From NCBI RefSeq assembly GCF_009914755.1, contig NC_060929.1: a DNA stretch of 64,000 nt. One strand, given 5' to 3'. The translations under genes and the position numbers were made by a program. Every line of letters begins with the position of its first letter. Positions within the stretch are counted from its first letter, which is position 1. Below, one piece after another: positions 39,727 through 60,419 of the stretch. The notes below the pieces were generated by a model. It was not told the origin of the DNA, searched no databases, and saw nothing but the letters and a program-made list of their open reading frames with translations. This stretch comes from the human T2T-CHM13v2.0 reference genome, Homo sapiens.

Positions 39727-41159
39727 TTTATTCTAGAGACAACACTTCATTATGTTAGAAATCTATGATACCCTACAGACCATCCAGCCCTCTTCTCAGC
39801 TCCCCTAACACCAGGGGGTTTGCAGGACCCTAGCGGAGATTCATCACATTTGTACATAAACACACATTTTGGAGGAGAAGGCTGAAGAACTAAGCGAAGG
39901 CATTTATTCCACGAGGGTCACTTCTGTAATGTCCCCACATGGTACTGGGCATTCAACTGATGAACTATTGAAGAAGTGATCTCTGTATCAGTCTATAGAG
40001 TAGAATTATCCAGCAATAATCATTAAAACTGCTGAGTCGTTGCATACTAAAAATGAATATTGAATCTAGGAAGCTGAAACTTTAATCCATTTTCATATAC
40101 TCTTAAAATTTTTAATAAAATTCAAACTCGGTCAGACATATCACATAATTACTTTAGGGATTAAAAATATCATAATCTCTCCTGACAAGTCATTTTAATG
40201 GTCAGTGAATTTGTATGCTATCTGTGATCTTACTTAGTGGATATATCTCAATTTCTGCTTTATTACATTCCATTACCATGTTTTATTCATCTGCCTATTC
40301 CTCTCCTGCTTAAAATTTCCAACTGAGAAAAGAAATGCTTTAACTTTCATGAAGGCTGAATCCTCCTCCTATCCAGTAAGCAAGGCTCTGAATCTGATTA
40401 CATTCTTGACAGACATATTTTTTATCTATAATGAGCTAAGACAATGTGCACTCTAAATTTACCTTGGCTTCTGTAATTGATCAATTAGGAAGCATAAAGT
40501 ATAGCCACTATCTTCATATTTTTTCCTGACCTGTTTATGAGTAATCTTAAGCTTCTTTCATTTCAGTAGTCAAATTTAATGATCCCTGGTAAATCGGAAG
40601 ACATTTTGAGATGAATAATCTAGGTGAAAAGGAGAGCACGGTGTTTCTGATTAACTGTGGTTGTTCCTATAAGCATGGCAGTCAATACATTATGTAAGTG
40701 CCATTGAACAAATGCAAACCTTTATAATAATATTGGACACAAAGCAATTAAATAGTAAAGACTCATTACAGTGTTGAGTAGAATTTTCATGGTGCCTATA
40801 TTTCTGGATAATTATAGTTATGTTTTCCACTTTGGTATTCAAACAGAAAGAATCTGTTCTTACTAAAAGGATGTTAAAGTACCCCTCTCTTTATCCCAAT
40901 ATGTGGAAGAATACTGAGCAGCAGAAGGAACAAGGCTGCCAATGCAGCAGGAGACATTGATGGTGCCAAAAAATGCACTCACCCTGTATTCTCAAATTAA
41001 GAGCCACCATTGCCAGGTGAAGATTTATTTGTTCTTTGAGCAAGAAGCAGACATAGCAACAGTGACAGTATGGAGGAATGTTGGTATAGCACATACTGGA
41101 GAGGAACCAGCATGAGTTACTGGGCTTTTGCTAGGTTCTGGGTACCATTTTGTGTGATG

Positions 41160-42228
41160 ATATCATCAGTCCATTAGTCAGAGGTAACATCCCAATAAAC
41201 AGGAAGTAACAATGCAAGGTAATGAGTGCTATGATGTGGGGGAATATTCCACAGGATGCAATAAAAGCAGCTATTCAACCTTGGGAGGTCAGACACGTCT
41301 TCCTAGAAAAGGTGATATGTGACATAAATTCTAGAACCATCCTACTGTACTGACCAAAAGCATTAGCATTGTCTAGGAGCAACTGATATAAATACAGAAT
41401 ATTATGCCCAGCCTAGGCCTACTGGAATAAATGTGTATTTTAACCAGATCTCTAGGTAATTCATACATACATTTAAGTTTGAGAAGCACTGTTCTGGAAG
41501 ATAACTGGTACATAGCCAAGTGAACAGGCAGGAAGACAGCCTTCTAGGCAGAGGGAACAATACTGGCTAGGGGATAGAGGGAGAAAAAAACTTGTCCTGT
41601 ACTGAGAAATGCAGGCATATACTGGTTGGTATGGCAGAAGAACAGGGTTTAATGGGAAAGGTGGCTGGAAATGAGGTAGGGGAAATGTGCAGTAGTTGGA
41701 TAATATTAAGTTGATAATCAGATAATGCTATATTAAGCAGTTGGACTTTCTACAAGGTAATGATTAATAGAACCAATTTTGTATTTTAGTAAGATTAACT
41801 GCTAAATGGAGATCTGATAGCAGGAAGAACATGCAGTAGTTAAAGAAATGAAAATGATGAACTAAACTAGATAGTGGCAATGAGGATGGAAAGAAATGCA
41901 CAAATTGAAGAAATAGTAACATTAAAAATTTGAGAAGACTTGGTGAGCAATTGAGTAAAGAGGGTTAAGAGGGTTTGGCAGTGAAAAGAGAAATTCAGGA
42001 TACCTCCAGATTTCTGGTTTAGGCATGAAAGTAGTTGGTGTGACCAATCCCTGAGAATAAAGATGGAATTTAGATAGAAAAGGTAAGCCATGTGGAACAC
42101 GTTGAGTTTGAAATATCTGTAGAATGTCCAAATGGTAATATCTAGTAACCGTTTACTACATAAGTCTAGAGCTATAAATACGAAAGTCGTCCACACTGAG
42201 TTGTTAACAAAGACTTAAGAGTGGATTA
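41160..42228 (-). mobile_element. L2, left part (continues at ~53004 after the L1 composite)
   Basis: Purine-rich reverse L2 body (ttctaggcagagggaacaa; gatttctggtttaggcatg; gttgagtttgaaatatctgtag). Confidence 0.7.
41330..41491. mobile_element. MER5A-like DNA transposon inside L2
   Basis: aaatacagaat...cctactggaataa...tgtattttaaccagatctctaggtaattcatac...aagtttgagaagcactg is the MER5A body and terminus. Confidence 0.75.
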
Positions 42229-42234
42229 TAGTCA

Positions 42235-47250
<5,016 letters not shown>

Positions 47251-50200
47251 TGGATGGAATTCCCAGAGATAACCAACAGGCTCTCTGACATTGCAACTGC
47301 AGAGGTACTTGCCATTGCTGCCTTTGGTCAGTGAACCAGAGAAAGACCCTGATTGGTTATTTGCACCTCTAGTAGGCCAAAGGTACTCTCTATGGAGAGA
47401 AGGCCAGTTTCTCTTCCCTGTGAACCCTTCAACCCCTGCTCTTCTCTAGGCAGGGCCCCTGGTTTGGGCCCACAGCACAGTCACTCTACCAGTGGCTGAA
47501 CATTTCCACTGACAGAGGCTTTGTGTCTCTCTGGGGTGGAGTTCCTGGAGGCAACTGACAGCCCCTCTGCCACTGCTGTTGTAGTGCTACCCATCTTGGC
47601 TGCCACCAGGCTTGGGAAGAAACAAAAAGCCCAAATGTTTTATTTGCACCTCCAGGACACCGCAGCCACACTATAGAAAGGAGGCCAGACTGTTTTCACT
47701 GTGAATCCCCCAGGTCCCCGCTCTTCAACAGGCAGGGTCCTAGCTTAGGCCTGTAGTGTAGCCACTCCACACCTGGCTGATGATTTTGATTGGCAGTGGT
47801 TCTGTATTTCCATGGGGTGTAACTTCAAGAGGGAAGTGGCAGGCCTCTGCCATTGCCACTGCCAAGGGCCCTGTCCCTGCTGCCACAAAGTGAGGAGGGA
47901 ACAAAAAGCCTGAGCTATCCCCAAGGTGGCAGCATATAGCCCAGGGTGCCAAGCTAAGGTCTATGGCCAAAACTCAAGTGAGAGGGAAGCTCACACTCTC
48001 AGAGCACTGAGAGAGTGCATGGCTGCAAATGCGAGGAAATATAGAGAAGCTGCAAATCCTTAAAGAAAACAAATTCTAAGCAAGAATTCCATATCTAGCC
48101 AAACTAAGCTTCACATGTGATGGAGAAATAAAATCCTTTTCAGATTTTACTCCCCTTTGCAAATGCTAAGGAAAATCATTACCACCAGACCTCTATTACA
48201 AGAAGTACTTAAGGGAGTGCTAAATATGATAACAAAAAACTGCTATTGGCCACTACAAAATATACTTCGGTACATAGACCATTGACACTATAAAGCAACT
48301 ACATGATCGAGTCTACCTAACAATCAGCTAACAACATGATGACAAGATTGAACCTGCATATATCAGTATTACCCATAAATTTAAACAGGTTAAATGTCCC
48401 ATGTCAAAGGAACAGAATGGCAAGTTGGATAAAGGCGAGGACCCAAATGTACGCTGTCTTCAAGAGATCCATCTCACATGCAATGAGAGATACCATAAAC
48501 TCAAGGTAAAAGAATGGAGAAAGATCTATCAAGCAAAAAGAAAAAAAAAAAAGAAGAGGGGTTGCTATTCTTATTTCAGACAAAACAGACATTAAACCAA
48601 CAACAATCAAAAAGGACAAAGAAGTACACTATATAATGATAAATGGTTCAATTCAACAAGAAGACATAACTATCCTAAATATACAGGCACATAACACTGG
48701 AGTATCTTAATTAGTAAAACAAGTTCTTAGAGACTTACGAAGAGACTTAAATAACCACAAAATAATAGTGTGAGAATTTCAACAACCCACTGATGATATT
48801 AGATTATTGACATAGAATACTATCAAAGATACTTGGGGCCTAAACTTGAAACTTGACCAAATGGACCTAACAGACAACTGTAGAACATGCCACCCAAAGA
48901 GAATAGAACATACATTCTTCTCATCTCCACATGGCACATAGTCTAAAATAACCACACACTCGGCCATAAAGCAATTCTTAATAAATTAAAAAAAAATCCA
49001 AAATTATACCAAACATACTCTCAGATCAAAGTGTAATAAAATCAATATGAAGTACAATAAATCAATATGAAGAATATCTCTTAAAACCATAAAATTACAT
49101 GGAAATTAAACAATTGGCTGCTGAATGACATTTGGGTAAACAATAAAATAAAGACAGAAATCAAGTAATTATTTGAAACTAATGAAAACAATAAAAATCA
49201 TACCAGAATCTCTGGGACACAGCTAAGGTAGTGTTAAGATGAAAGTTTAGAGCAGTAATGCCCACATCAAAAAGTGAGAATGTTCTCAAATTAACAACCT
49301 AACATCACATCTAGAGGAACTAGAACAACAAGAGCAAACCAACCCCAAAGCTAGCAGAAGAAAAGAGATAACCAAAATCAGTGCTCAACTGAATTAAGTA
49401 GAGATGAGAGAAACCATACAAAAGACTAATAAATTCAAAAGTTTGTTGCTTAAAATAATAAATAAGATTGATAAAGTGCTAGCTAGACTAATAAGGAAAA
49501 AAAATGAGATAAGATCCAAATAAACACAATCAGAAATGACAACGATGCCATTACAATTGATTCCGCAGAAATACTAAGAACCCTCATATACTATTATGAA
49601 CACTTCTATACACACAAACTAGAAAACCTAGAAGGAATGGATAAATACATTCAATCTCCCAAGATTAAACCTGGAAGAAATTGAAACCCTGAACAGATCA
49701 ATAATGAGTTTTGAAATTGAATCAGTAATAAAATACCTACAAAACAAAAAGCCCAAGATCAGATGGATTAACAGCTGATTTCTTCCAGACTTATAAAGAA
49801 AAGCCACTGCCAATCCCACTGATATTATTCCAAAAAATCAAGAAGGAGGGACTCCTATCTAATTCTATGAGGACAGTATCATTCTGATATCAAAACCTGG
49901 CAGAGACACAACAAAAAAAGAAAACTTCAGGTCAATATCCCTGACGAACATAGATGTGAAAATCCTCAACAAAATACTAGCAAATTGACTCTAGCAGCAC
50001 ATTTAAAAGCGAATCCTTCACAATCAAGTAGGTCTTATTCCTGGGATACAAGGTTGGTTCAACATACACATATCAATAAATGTGTTTCATCACATACACA
50101 GAACTAAAAGTGAAAACCACATGATCACCTCAATAGATGCAGAAAAGGGTTTGATAAAATTCAGCATCCCTTCTTGTTAAAACCCACAACAAATTAGGCA

Positions 50201-50618
50201 TCAAAGCGACATACCTCAAATAATAAGAACGATAAATGACAAACCCATATCCAATATCATACTGAATGGGCAAAAGCTGGAAGCATTACCCTTGAGAACT
50301 GGAATGAGACAAGGATGCCCACTCTCACCTATTGAATTCAACATATTATTGGAAGTCCTAGCCAGAGCAATCAGGCAAGAGAAAGAAAAAAAGCATCCAA
50401 ATAAGAAGACAGGAAGTTAAACTATCTCTCCTCGCAGATGATATGATTTTATATCTAGAATACTCCCAGAGTCTCTGCTTACTAGCTCCTAGATGTGATA
50501 AACAACTTTAGCAATGTTTCAGGACACAAAATCAATGTACAAATATCAGTAGCATTTCTACACACCAGTAATGTCCAAGCTGAAAGTCAGATCAAGAATA
50601 TAATTCCACTCACAATAG

Positions 50619-50621
<3 letters not shown>

Positions 50622-50665
<44 letters not shown>
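50622..50665. repeat. (AAT)n microsatellite within L1
   Basis: About 14 AAT units. Confidence 0.93.
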
Positions 50666-50898
50666 GTAAAATATCTAGGAATAAGGGAGGTGAAAGATCA
50701 CTACACTGAAAATTACAAAACACTATTGAAGGAAGTCAGACATTGTCACAAACCAATGAAAAAACATTCCATGCTCAAGAATAGGAAGAATAAATATTGT
50801 TAAAATGACCGTACTCTACAAAGTAACTGAAAGATTCAATGCTATTCCTATGAAACTTCCATGACATTCTTCACAGAATTAGAACACTATGCAGCCAT

Positions 50899-50935
50899 AA
50901 AACAAAACAAAACAAAACAAAACAAAACAAAACAT
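50899..50935. repeat. (AAAAC)n microsatellite within L1
   Basis: About 7 units. Confidence 0.9.
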
Positions 50936-51429
50936 AACAGAATCATGTCCCTTGCAGCAATATGGTTGGGGCTGGAGGCCATTATGCTATGCAAACTAAC
51001 ACAGGAACATACTGTGTAACAAACCAAATACTGTATGTTCCCACTTGTAAGTGCAAGCTAAACATTGAGTACACATGGACACAAAAAAGGCAACAATAGA
51101 TACCAGGGCCTACTTGAGAGCAGAGGTTGGAAGGAAGGCAAGGATTTAAAAAAGTACTTAACAGGTACTATGCTCATTACCTGGATGATGAAATAATCTG
51201 TACACCAACCCCTGTGACACACAATTTATCTATGGAACAAACCTAAACAGGTAACACCTGAACCTAAAATAAAAGTTAAAAGGAAAATGTTTCCAGTTAA
51301 TTACTTGAATCCACAAAGTGAAGCACACATGGGAAATAAAACGTTTAACATTATAAAATTTTAAATATATAATTGTTCTCCTGTCTTTTTTAAGCTTATT
51401 TAAAGCAAAGAAACTTATATAAAAAAAGA

Positions 51430-52990
51430 ATTATACTACAGAACCACAGTAACCACAACATCATGGTACTGGCAAAAAACAGACATATAGACCAATAGAA
51501 TAGAATAGAGAACTAAGAAATAAATCCATACATCTACAGTAAACTCATTTTTGACAAGGCACCAAGAACCTACATTGGAGAAAAGAGTGTTTTTAATAAA
51601 TGATGCTTGGAAAACTGGATATCCATATGCAGAAGAATAAGACTAGACCACCATCTCTTGCCATCTACAAAAATAAAATCCAAAGATACAAGATTTAAAT
51701 CTAAGATCTGAAACTATGAAACTACTAAAAGCAAATATTGGGAAAGCATTGATCTGGGCAAAGATTTCTTGAGTGATACCCCACAAGTACATGTAACCAA
51801 AGCAAAAGTGGACAAATTGGATCCCATTGAGTTAAAAAGCTTCTGTACAGCAAAGGAAGCAATCAACGAAGTGAAGAGACAACCCACAGAATGGGGAAAA
51901 AAATAGCAAACTATCCATCTGACAAGGGATTAATAACCAGAATACATAAGGAGTTCAAACAACTCAGTAGGAAAAAAACCTAATAATCTGATCAGAAAAT
52001 GGGCAGAAATCTGAATGACATTTCTCAAAAGAAGACATACAAATGGCAAACAGGTATATAAAAAGGTTCTCAATATCATTAATTGATCATTACAGAAATG
52101 CAAATAAAAACTACAGTTAGATATCATGTCATTCCAGTTAAAATGGCTTTTATCTAAAAGACCAGCAGTAGCAAATGCTGGCAAGGTTGTGGAGAAAAGG
52201 GAACCCTCATACACTATTGGTGGGAATGTAAATTAGTACAGCCACTTTGGAGAACAGTATGGAGATTCTTCAAAAAACTAAAATAGAACTACCATATGAT
52301 CCAGCAATCCTACTGCTTTTGTATACATACCAAAAATAAAGAATCTCAGTATATCAAAAAGATATTCCTACTCCCAGGTTTATTGCAGTATTATTCACAA
52401 GAGCCAAGATTTGGAATCAACCTAAGTGTCCATCAGCAGATAAATGGATAAAGAAAATGTGGTATATATCCACAATGGAGTACCATTCAGCCATAAAAAA
52501 TGGATACCCTGTCATTTGCATTAGCATGGATAAAACTGGAGGACATCACGTCAAATGAAAGAAGCTAGGCACAGAAAGACAAACTTCACATATTTTCACT
52601 CATTTGTGGGAGCTAAAAACTAAAACAATTGGACTCCTGGAGACAGAGAATAGAATGAGGGTTACCAGAGGCTGGAAAGGGTAGTAGGGGTTGCAGGAGT
52701 AAAGTGAGGATGGTTAATGGGTACAAACATATGGTTAGAAAGAAGAAATAAGATCTAGTATTTGATAGCACAACAGGGTGACTACAGTCAACAATAATTT
52801 ATTGTACATTTAAAAATAACTAAAAGATTATCATTGGAATGTTCATAATACCAAGAAAGGATAAATGCTTGAGGTGAAGGATACCCCATTTACTCTTAGG
52901 TGATTATTAAACATTGTATGCCTGTATCAAAATACCTCACATATATCTCATATACACACCTACTATGTACCCACAAAAATGAAAAAAATA
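51430..52990 (+). mobile_element. Outer L1 continued: ORF2 C-terminus and L1MA2/3-like 3' UTR
   Basis: ttatactacaga...catggtactggca...; 3' UTR gggagctaaaaactaaaacaattg...tgtacccacaaaaat plus A tail. Confidence 0.87.
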
Positions 52991-53003
52991 TTAGATGGGA
53001 AAC

Positions 53004-53656
<653 letters not shown>

Positions 53657-54499
53657 ACTTCAGGAATTTTTAAATACAGAAATCTAAACTTGGTGGGCCT
53701 GCCCAAGTTGTTTTGTTTCATTTTAAAGTATTTTCCCAAAATAAAAAAAAATAAAAACAGCCACTTTCTTTATAAAATCCTGCTTAATGAGGTTTATTTC
53801 TGTTTAAGTTTGTAGCATGTTATGCAAACATCAAAACTGCGAAATTGTGGAAGTGATCATCATTAACCTCATGACCATTTTGCTATAGGGCCAAGAACAG
53901 ATGGAGCCGGTGGGATCTCCTGACATTCTTTCCAAACTTGGAAAATCCAGCCTGCAATATGACAAAATGGTATTTTCACTCCCTGGGACTTAGTAAGCCT
54001 TTGTTTTGAATAACAAATATGTTTAACATATTAAAGTCACCATCTATCTATGATATAATTAACTATAGAAAAAAAACCTACACGTGCTAACATTATTGTC
54101 AGGCAATTAAACAAAATTCCAGGTAGATTAATGTTTAATTTAATGAGCTAACATTTGAATTAAGATCTTGTGACATTAATGATATCGAGAGCTGTCAAGA
54201 GTGAAGAGCCCTGTCATGAGTCGCTGCTACACAAACATCACACTGAGCCTTTATAATGGAGAAATGGATGACTCGAGACCAGAAGGTCTCTAAGCATGAC
54301 TGGAAACCATGGTCAAAACCTGACATTTGAAATATTGCTGGTTGTGGGAAGAAAGAACTTTCCACAGACCAGGCAGATGGTCATCATATACTACGCACAA
54401 TTCTTCTTTCCCTCCACCCTACATCCCTGTCCCTGTCCCAGATGGGAGACCACTACCACCAATTAAGGCAAGTTGCCTGCAAAAGTTCTTTATGTTTCA

Positions 54500-54660
54500 T
54501 TGGTAATGACTCGATAGAGCAGGTGTAACTTCCTCACTTCATAAAGGCTGAAACTGAGCAAAGTGAAGTCAGGCAACTTATGCAAGTCACACAGCTAGCG
54601 GACTCAAAGCACAGTGTGGCAGATGCCAACATTCGTGCCTACAACAGTAAAGTACCACCT
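54500..54660 (-). mobile_element. MIR fragment
   Basis: gaaactgagc...gtgaag...caacttatgcaagtcacacagctag is the reverse MIR core. Confidence 0.55.
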
Positions 54661-55779
54661 CCTAGGAACTCATTAGTACTTACATTTCAGGCTTGTGTTT
54701 GGGGTTGTGTTTGGAGTTTAATGTTTCACATTGACATCTCTCGTTTCTTCATCTTTCTTATTCCTAGAGCTTATCTTTCTGAGCATTGTTTATATCAAGT
54801 AACCTTTTCTTACAATTACCTCACATAAAATTTTTACTCTATAATTTGAGAATTTTATAACCATGATCCATTTTACTCATTTTATCTCATTCTTTTTAAA
54901 AAATCTGATTCTTTATAGCATTTTGCTTGTGTACTTCCCTATCATACTGTGCAAGGCTGCTAATTTTCTCCAGTTTTGTTCTATTTATTTCACTCTGTTC
55001 TATTCTCTTTCAAAATTATTATTTTTCCAAATTATCTTTCCAGTACAGGTTCTATTTCCTCCAATTTTTTAATATTTAGTTGTAGTTTTTACAAATGTAA
55101 GGTACAGTTTCTATTATGTTTCTGTCCAGTTTTACAGGTGTTATTTAATGTGCATAATACTGTATACTGTTTTGTGCTTCCCATTTTACAAAGCCTAGGT
55201 ATTATCTCAACTAATTATCCTTTTTCATATACACAATCACCCTAATTGAATTACAAATTCTATCATGTTCTTTGTGAATTAAATAAATCTGGGATCTGCT
55301 AGCACTGGCTGTTTTGTAAATGAATGTCAACCAGGCAGTTCACAAGTATGTTCAATCACATTCTCCCCTACAGGAGAGAATTTCAGATAGGCATGAAGCC
55401 TAGGACAGCTGAAGAGTGCTTCTGGAAAACAGACCTAGACTTCACCCAGTACAAAGTAAATTCACCCCAATGATCAGGTAGTATATATCAAGAGCATCCT
55501 GAACAAAGTCAGGGATTGTATGTAAAATGGGATGAAACAAGTCCTTATAAAAATGGCTCCATGTCACATCTCAGCGTGTAAGGTATCATCTATGCTCCAG
55601 TGAGAACTTTTAAAGCTAAACCTCTGACTATAGCATACTGTGTTATCTATTGCTTTATATAACATCGCCTTCTGTTTCCATATCCTTCTCTGTTAATGAC
55701 ATTTCACATTATCTGTGTCTTTACACATTTTTAGTAGCTACATCACTGTCCACTGCAAACCCACAGGATCCTAGACCTG

Positions 55780-56634
55780 CTCTTTCTCTAATCTTCTGTA
55801 TCTTAGCAATCGGCCAAAAAACTTGAAATCATACTTGATTTCTCCTGGCCCTCAAAGCCTACATTCATTCTGCCAAATCATGTAAGTCCATCTTTAAAAT
55901 TTATACTGACTGTGCATTTCTTCTTATCTCCATTACTATCACCCAAGTTCAAAATCCTTTCTTATTTTTCACCTGAGTATTGCAATATTTTCTTAGATGA
56001 CCCTAACTGATCTTGCCGTTTCTACTCTTGCTTTCCTACAGTCAATTCTCTTCATATATGCCAACATTACCTTTTAAAACTACAAACAAGTTCAGGTTAC
56101 TTCTTCCTTGCTCAAAGTCTCAAATATCTTTTTATCACACACAAATCAAAGGTGGCTAAGAATGGTCTGGGTCCTGCATACCTCTCCAATGTCATCTACA
56201 GCATCTCTGACTTTCTCGCACTGCTCTGGTCACAGTGGTCTTCTTTTTCTCTAATACACTAAGCTTATTCCTTCTTTAGGGTCTTGACTTTTGCCTTTCT
56301 CCCCAAAACTTATATTGTGTGGCTTGCTTTCTCACTTTATTCAATATTCAACAAGTCTTTAGAGAGGTGGCCCCTCTGACTACTCTATCTAAAACAGCAA
56401 TCCCATTTACATACTCTCTCTCTATCGATTTTGCCTTATTTTGCATTTACTTTATGGCACTTTTCACTACTTGATATTATCATTAATTTCATTGGTTTGT
56501 TGACTGGCACCTTCTCCACTAGATTATAAATTCCACAAAGGCAGGAATTTGGTCTGTTTCTGTCTTCTCTAATTCCAGTGACTAGAATGATTCTTGTTAC
56601 ATGGAATGTGCTCAATAAATGTTTGTTGAATAAA
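55780..56634 (+). mobile_element. L2 (L2a-like) 3' portion
   Basis: Pyrimidine-rich L2 body ending ...atgtgctcaataaatgtttgttgaataaa. Confidence 0.8.
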
Positions 56635-56719
56635 CTATTACTATTTACATCCACCTTTACAGGAACATTTTGAAGGAGGACAGCATAACAGGGAGGTGTC
56701 CTAATAGCATGATAGATGG

Positions 56720-56950
56720 TGAAAAGAAGACGTGATACAGAGTTAGACAGAGTTCAACTTAGACTGGCTGAAACAGTAAGTTTGCCCTTAACTATTTAAC
56801 CATTTGATTTTTGAAAAGTTGCTTACCTCTCTAAATCTGTTTTTGGTTTGTTTGTTTGATTTATAAATAGGAATGATAATACCTATTTTTCAAAGCTTTT
56901 GTAATGACAAAAATAATTCATATGGAAATATTGGCATTATGCATGTCACT
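56720..56950 (+). mobile_element. MIR fragment
   Basis: agagttagacagagttcaa...aagttgcttacctctctaaatctg...ataaataggaatgataatacct. Confidence 0.5.
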
Positions 56951-58909
56951 GCAACTGATCAATTCCTTCAGGGCTATCATCATTCAGGACACAGTCCTAG
57001 GGTGAGGAAATTAACCTCAGTTTGAGTTCAAATGACAAATATCAATTTAATAAAACAAACTCTTTTCATTTCAGGAAATGTTGATGTTCACATTAGAAAA
57101 AGGGTCCAGTAGCATTTGGAAAAATGCCTGCTTAATATTACTCTATCTAAGCTTTGTTAAACTTTGTATTTTAGTAAATTACTCAGTAAAGTTTGAGCAT
57201 AGTGGAGCACTTTCTCATTGAATTAAAAACATTCCATTTTTAACTGTAAACACACGTTCTCAATTTACTATTCTCCATAGGTTAAGACATTTATTAATTA
57301 TAATCTATACTAAACTATTGAAAGAGATGATAAAGGAATCAAAGAAATTCCAAATCCCTCCAGAAATGATTTAGTCTTTTTTTCCTGACTCAAGAAGCCA
57401 AACTTATTACTCTACAAATAGCTTTCACTTTAGAAGACTCTAACTGAATATATAAAATCTATTAGGTATATTATCATTTATATGAAAATTTTATTGTGTT
57501 CAGATAAAATGTGCACTTCCAATCTTACTAGAATTTCCTCTTAATTAAATAAACATATCGCTGGCAGATTCAAATAATTTAAAATGTTTTGTTTCAGACA
57601 TATAATTTTTAAATAATAAAAACTTTCTAAGCTTTCAAACAAGGATTTTCAACCTATTACACTTATTTTATTTCTAGGAACAGAGGCTAAAAGAATGCAT
57701 CTCCCATTTTTAAATAATCATATACATATGTGTGTATATATATATGATATAACGTATCCTGTACATATATATGTATGTATAGGACACATTAAGGCAACTC
57801 AAAAATTAATTTTAAATTCTTCAATCTAAAAACAATAAGAAACATTGTTCCTTACAAAAGTGCTATTTTATTAGGCTAACTTGGTCTATGTAATAAATGT
57901 CATTTGTAGTTTAGAGCAAGAGTGATTTATAGCTAGAAAGATTTAGAATTTAGTTTTTGTAAATAATTATCTTATTATGAAGACTGAAACTATTTGATAT
58001 TTATCAAAAGGCTTCAGGAATATTCTGCTGCCAAACACACAGATTCCTCCTTTGTGAGTGATGTTTGTTAATATATTAAATGAAGTCATTTCGGAGAATA
58101 TGAGATATGCACATCATTCATGTATTCATTCATTCTATTGTTTATTTGCTACATATTTATTGAGTGACAGCTATGTGTTCACCATGGCTCTAAAGAATGG
58201 GATATAGCAATGAAGAAAGAAGATGGTGGTATGCATAAGTAGATGTTCCTATTCAAGTCTAAAGAACATGTCGAGCTCACATTGAATGGTGTATGATATA
58301 CAAATATACCTCTCAGAACACAAAACATTTTGCATATCAAACCTGTCTTCCAGGGGATAACCCTTAAGCTAAAGCTAAATTAACAAAGTACCAAAATATG
58401 GAGTCATTTAAATTAATTTGGTTGAAAAGTTGGTCATCCAATTATATTATATCATATAGATTGAATTGTAGATAAATTGAAAGCTAGTTTTTTTGTTTTA
58501 TTTTTAATGGGACATGGTGCACCTTAGATTTGGTCATCAGCTACTTATATCATGTTTGACTTTCCAAGCTTCAAATCTGGTACCCTAACAATTGGACCAG
58601 TTCTATAAACTTACTCCTATGTAGGATGATATTAATGTTTTATTCAGTTTAAATAAATCTTGACTCTCCTATGCTTAACAGGATTTTTCAATACATTATA
58701 TTTTGGAGCTGGCATTGTATAAATATGAAAATAGTCACATACCGCTGATTCTGGCTGTTTGGTTAGCTTGAGAAATGAACTGATAGTCACAGAAATTTAT
58801 ATCATTGTCATTAACTTCAAACACTTGTAAGCTACTCAACTTCTGGTAGCATGGAAGTGTTGTATCAGTTGTATAGGACTGTTAAGCCACTTTTAAAAAG
58901 TCTTTGATC

Positions 58910-59338
<429 letters not shown>

Positions 59339-60419
59339 CTAACTGACTAAGAAAATTAATTCTTTGTATCTTAAAGGGTAGTTGGCAGTGGGTCCTGGCT
59401 AACTGAAGAGCAGATACAGAACTCTGGAATACTGAACCATAGCATGAATTGATACGAACTGCATTTTGGCTATAATCATATTAGCACATAGAAACAAAAG
59501 AAGGTTGGACAGAGTGCACAGTGATCTCTCTACTATAGATCAATTTTGTAGGCTTGCTTCTCCTGTTGATGATAAAATAAACTGCTCTTATTCTATGATG
59601 AATAAACCCACAAATACTCCAGGACACTTAGATGGGTTGAGGAGTAATTTAAGTATGTGGTCCACTTGGGACATAACAGGGTATAGCTAGTGACTGCTCT
59701 GTAAACATAGCTGTCTGGGAAGTGGAAAACACTGTGATGCAATGTGGGCTCTGAAGGACAGTATCTAAGTTAAGAAAAGAGCAGCTATATCACAATAACA
59801 CAATGGTACCTTAGAACTGATTAAATGATAAAAGTCATCTAGTTCAAAGGAAGAATGAGAAAGGTTATTGCACAGTAGGTGGCAGAGTTAGAAATGAAAT
59901 GCTGCTCTGGTTCTCAGGCAAATATTTTAGGCCCAGACTCATAATTTCATTCTGCAATTTATTTGTAAGTTTATTTGCTAGACATTGCTTTATCATTTTT
60001 CAAAGATTGCAAATAAAAGCTTAGTATCAATTAAATAAAAATATTTGATTCCTAAAACAGAAATTAAAAGAAAGATAGTTTTGTACAAAAGTGCATATTT
60101 CCTCAACAAAACTCTCAGTATTATATTAAGAAAATCACTTAGCAGGGATGAAAGATAAAAATGTATACTATCAATTTACATTAAGAGATATAACAAGAGT
60201 GTGTTATATATATAAGAGTGTGTTTAAATAACTCTGTCCGTTATTTAAACAGAGTGAGAAAAATAATGGTTTTCATCAGCTCTAAAACTCATGGAACTTC
60301 TCTCTGAAAATAAACCATGCTGAGAAGCCTTTAAGAAGTTAAATAGCAGAAACTCTCTTGAGAAGTAAATGTTAAAATTATGGCAATATCCCTTAGAGTT
60401 TTCACTTAGAATTAAAGCT

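Larger units (their letters stand above)
47251..51282 (+). mobile_element. Inner nested L1 (old L1PA, about L1PA15-16): partial 5' UTR with ~280-bp repeats, ORF1 C-terminus, ORF2 with 3' internal deletion, 3' UTR
   Basis: Three repeat units starting ~47251, 47531, 47811. EN region at 48340-49100, RT to ~50880, then a jump to actatgcagccataaaa; ends cctgaacctaaaataaaagttaaa. Confidence 0.82.

Noticed and set aside
57750-57791. Imperfect hairpin around a TA-rich core
   Set aside because: Only about 13/16 paired within low-complexity alternating sequence; expected by chance.
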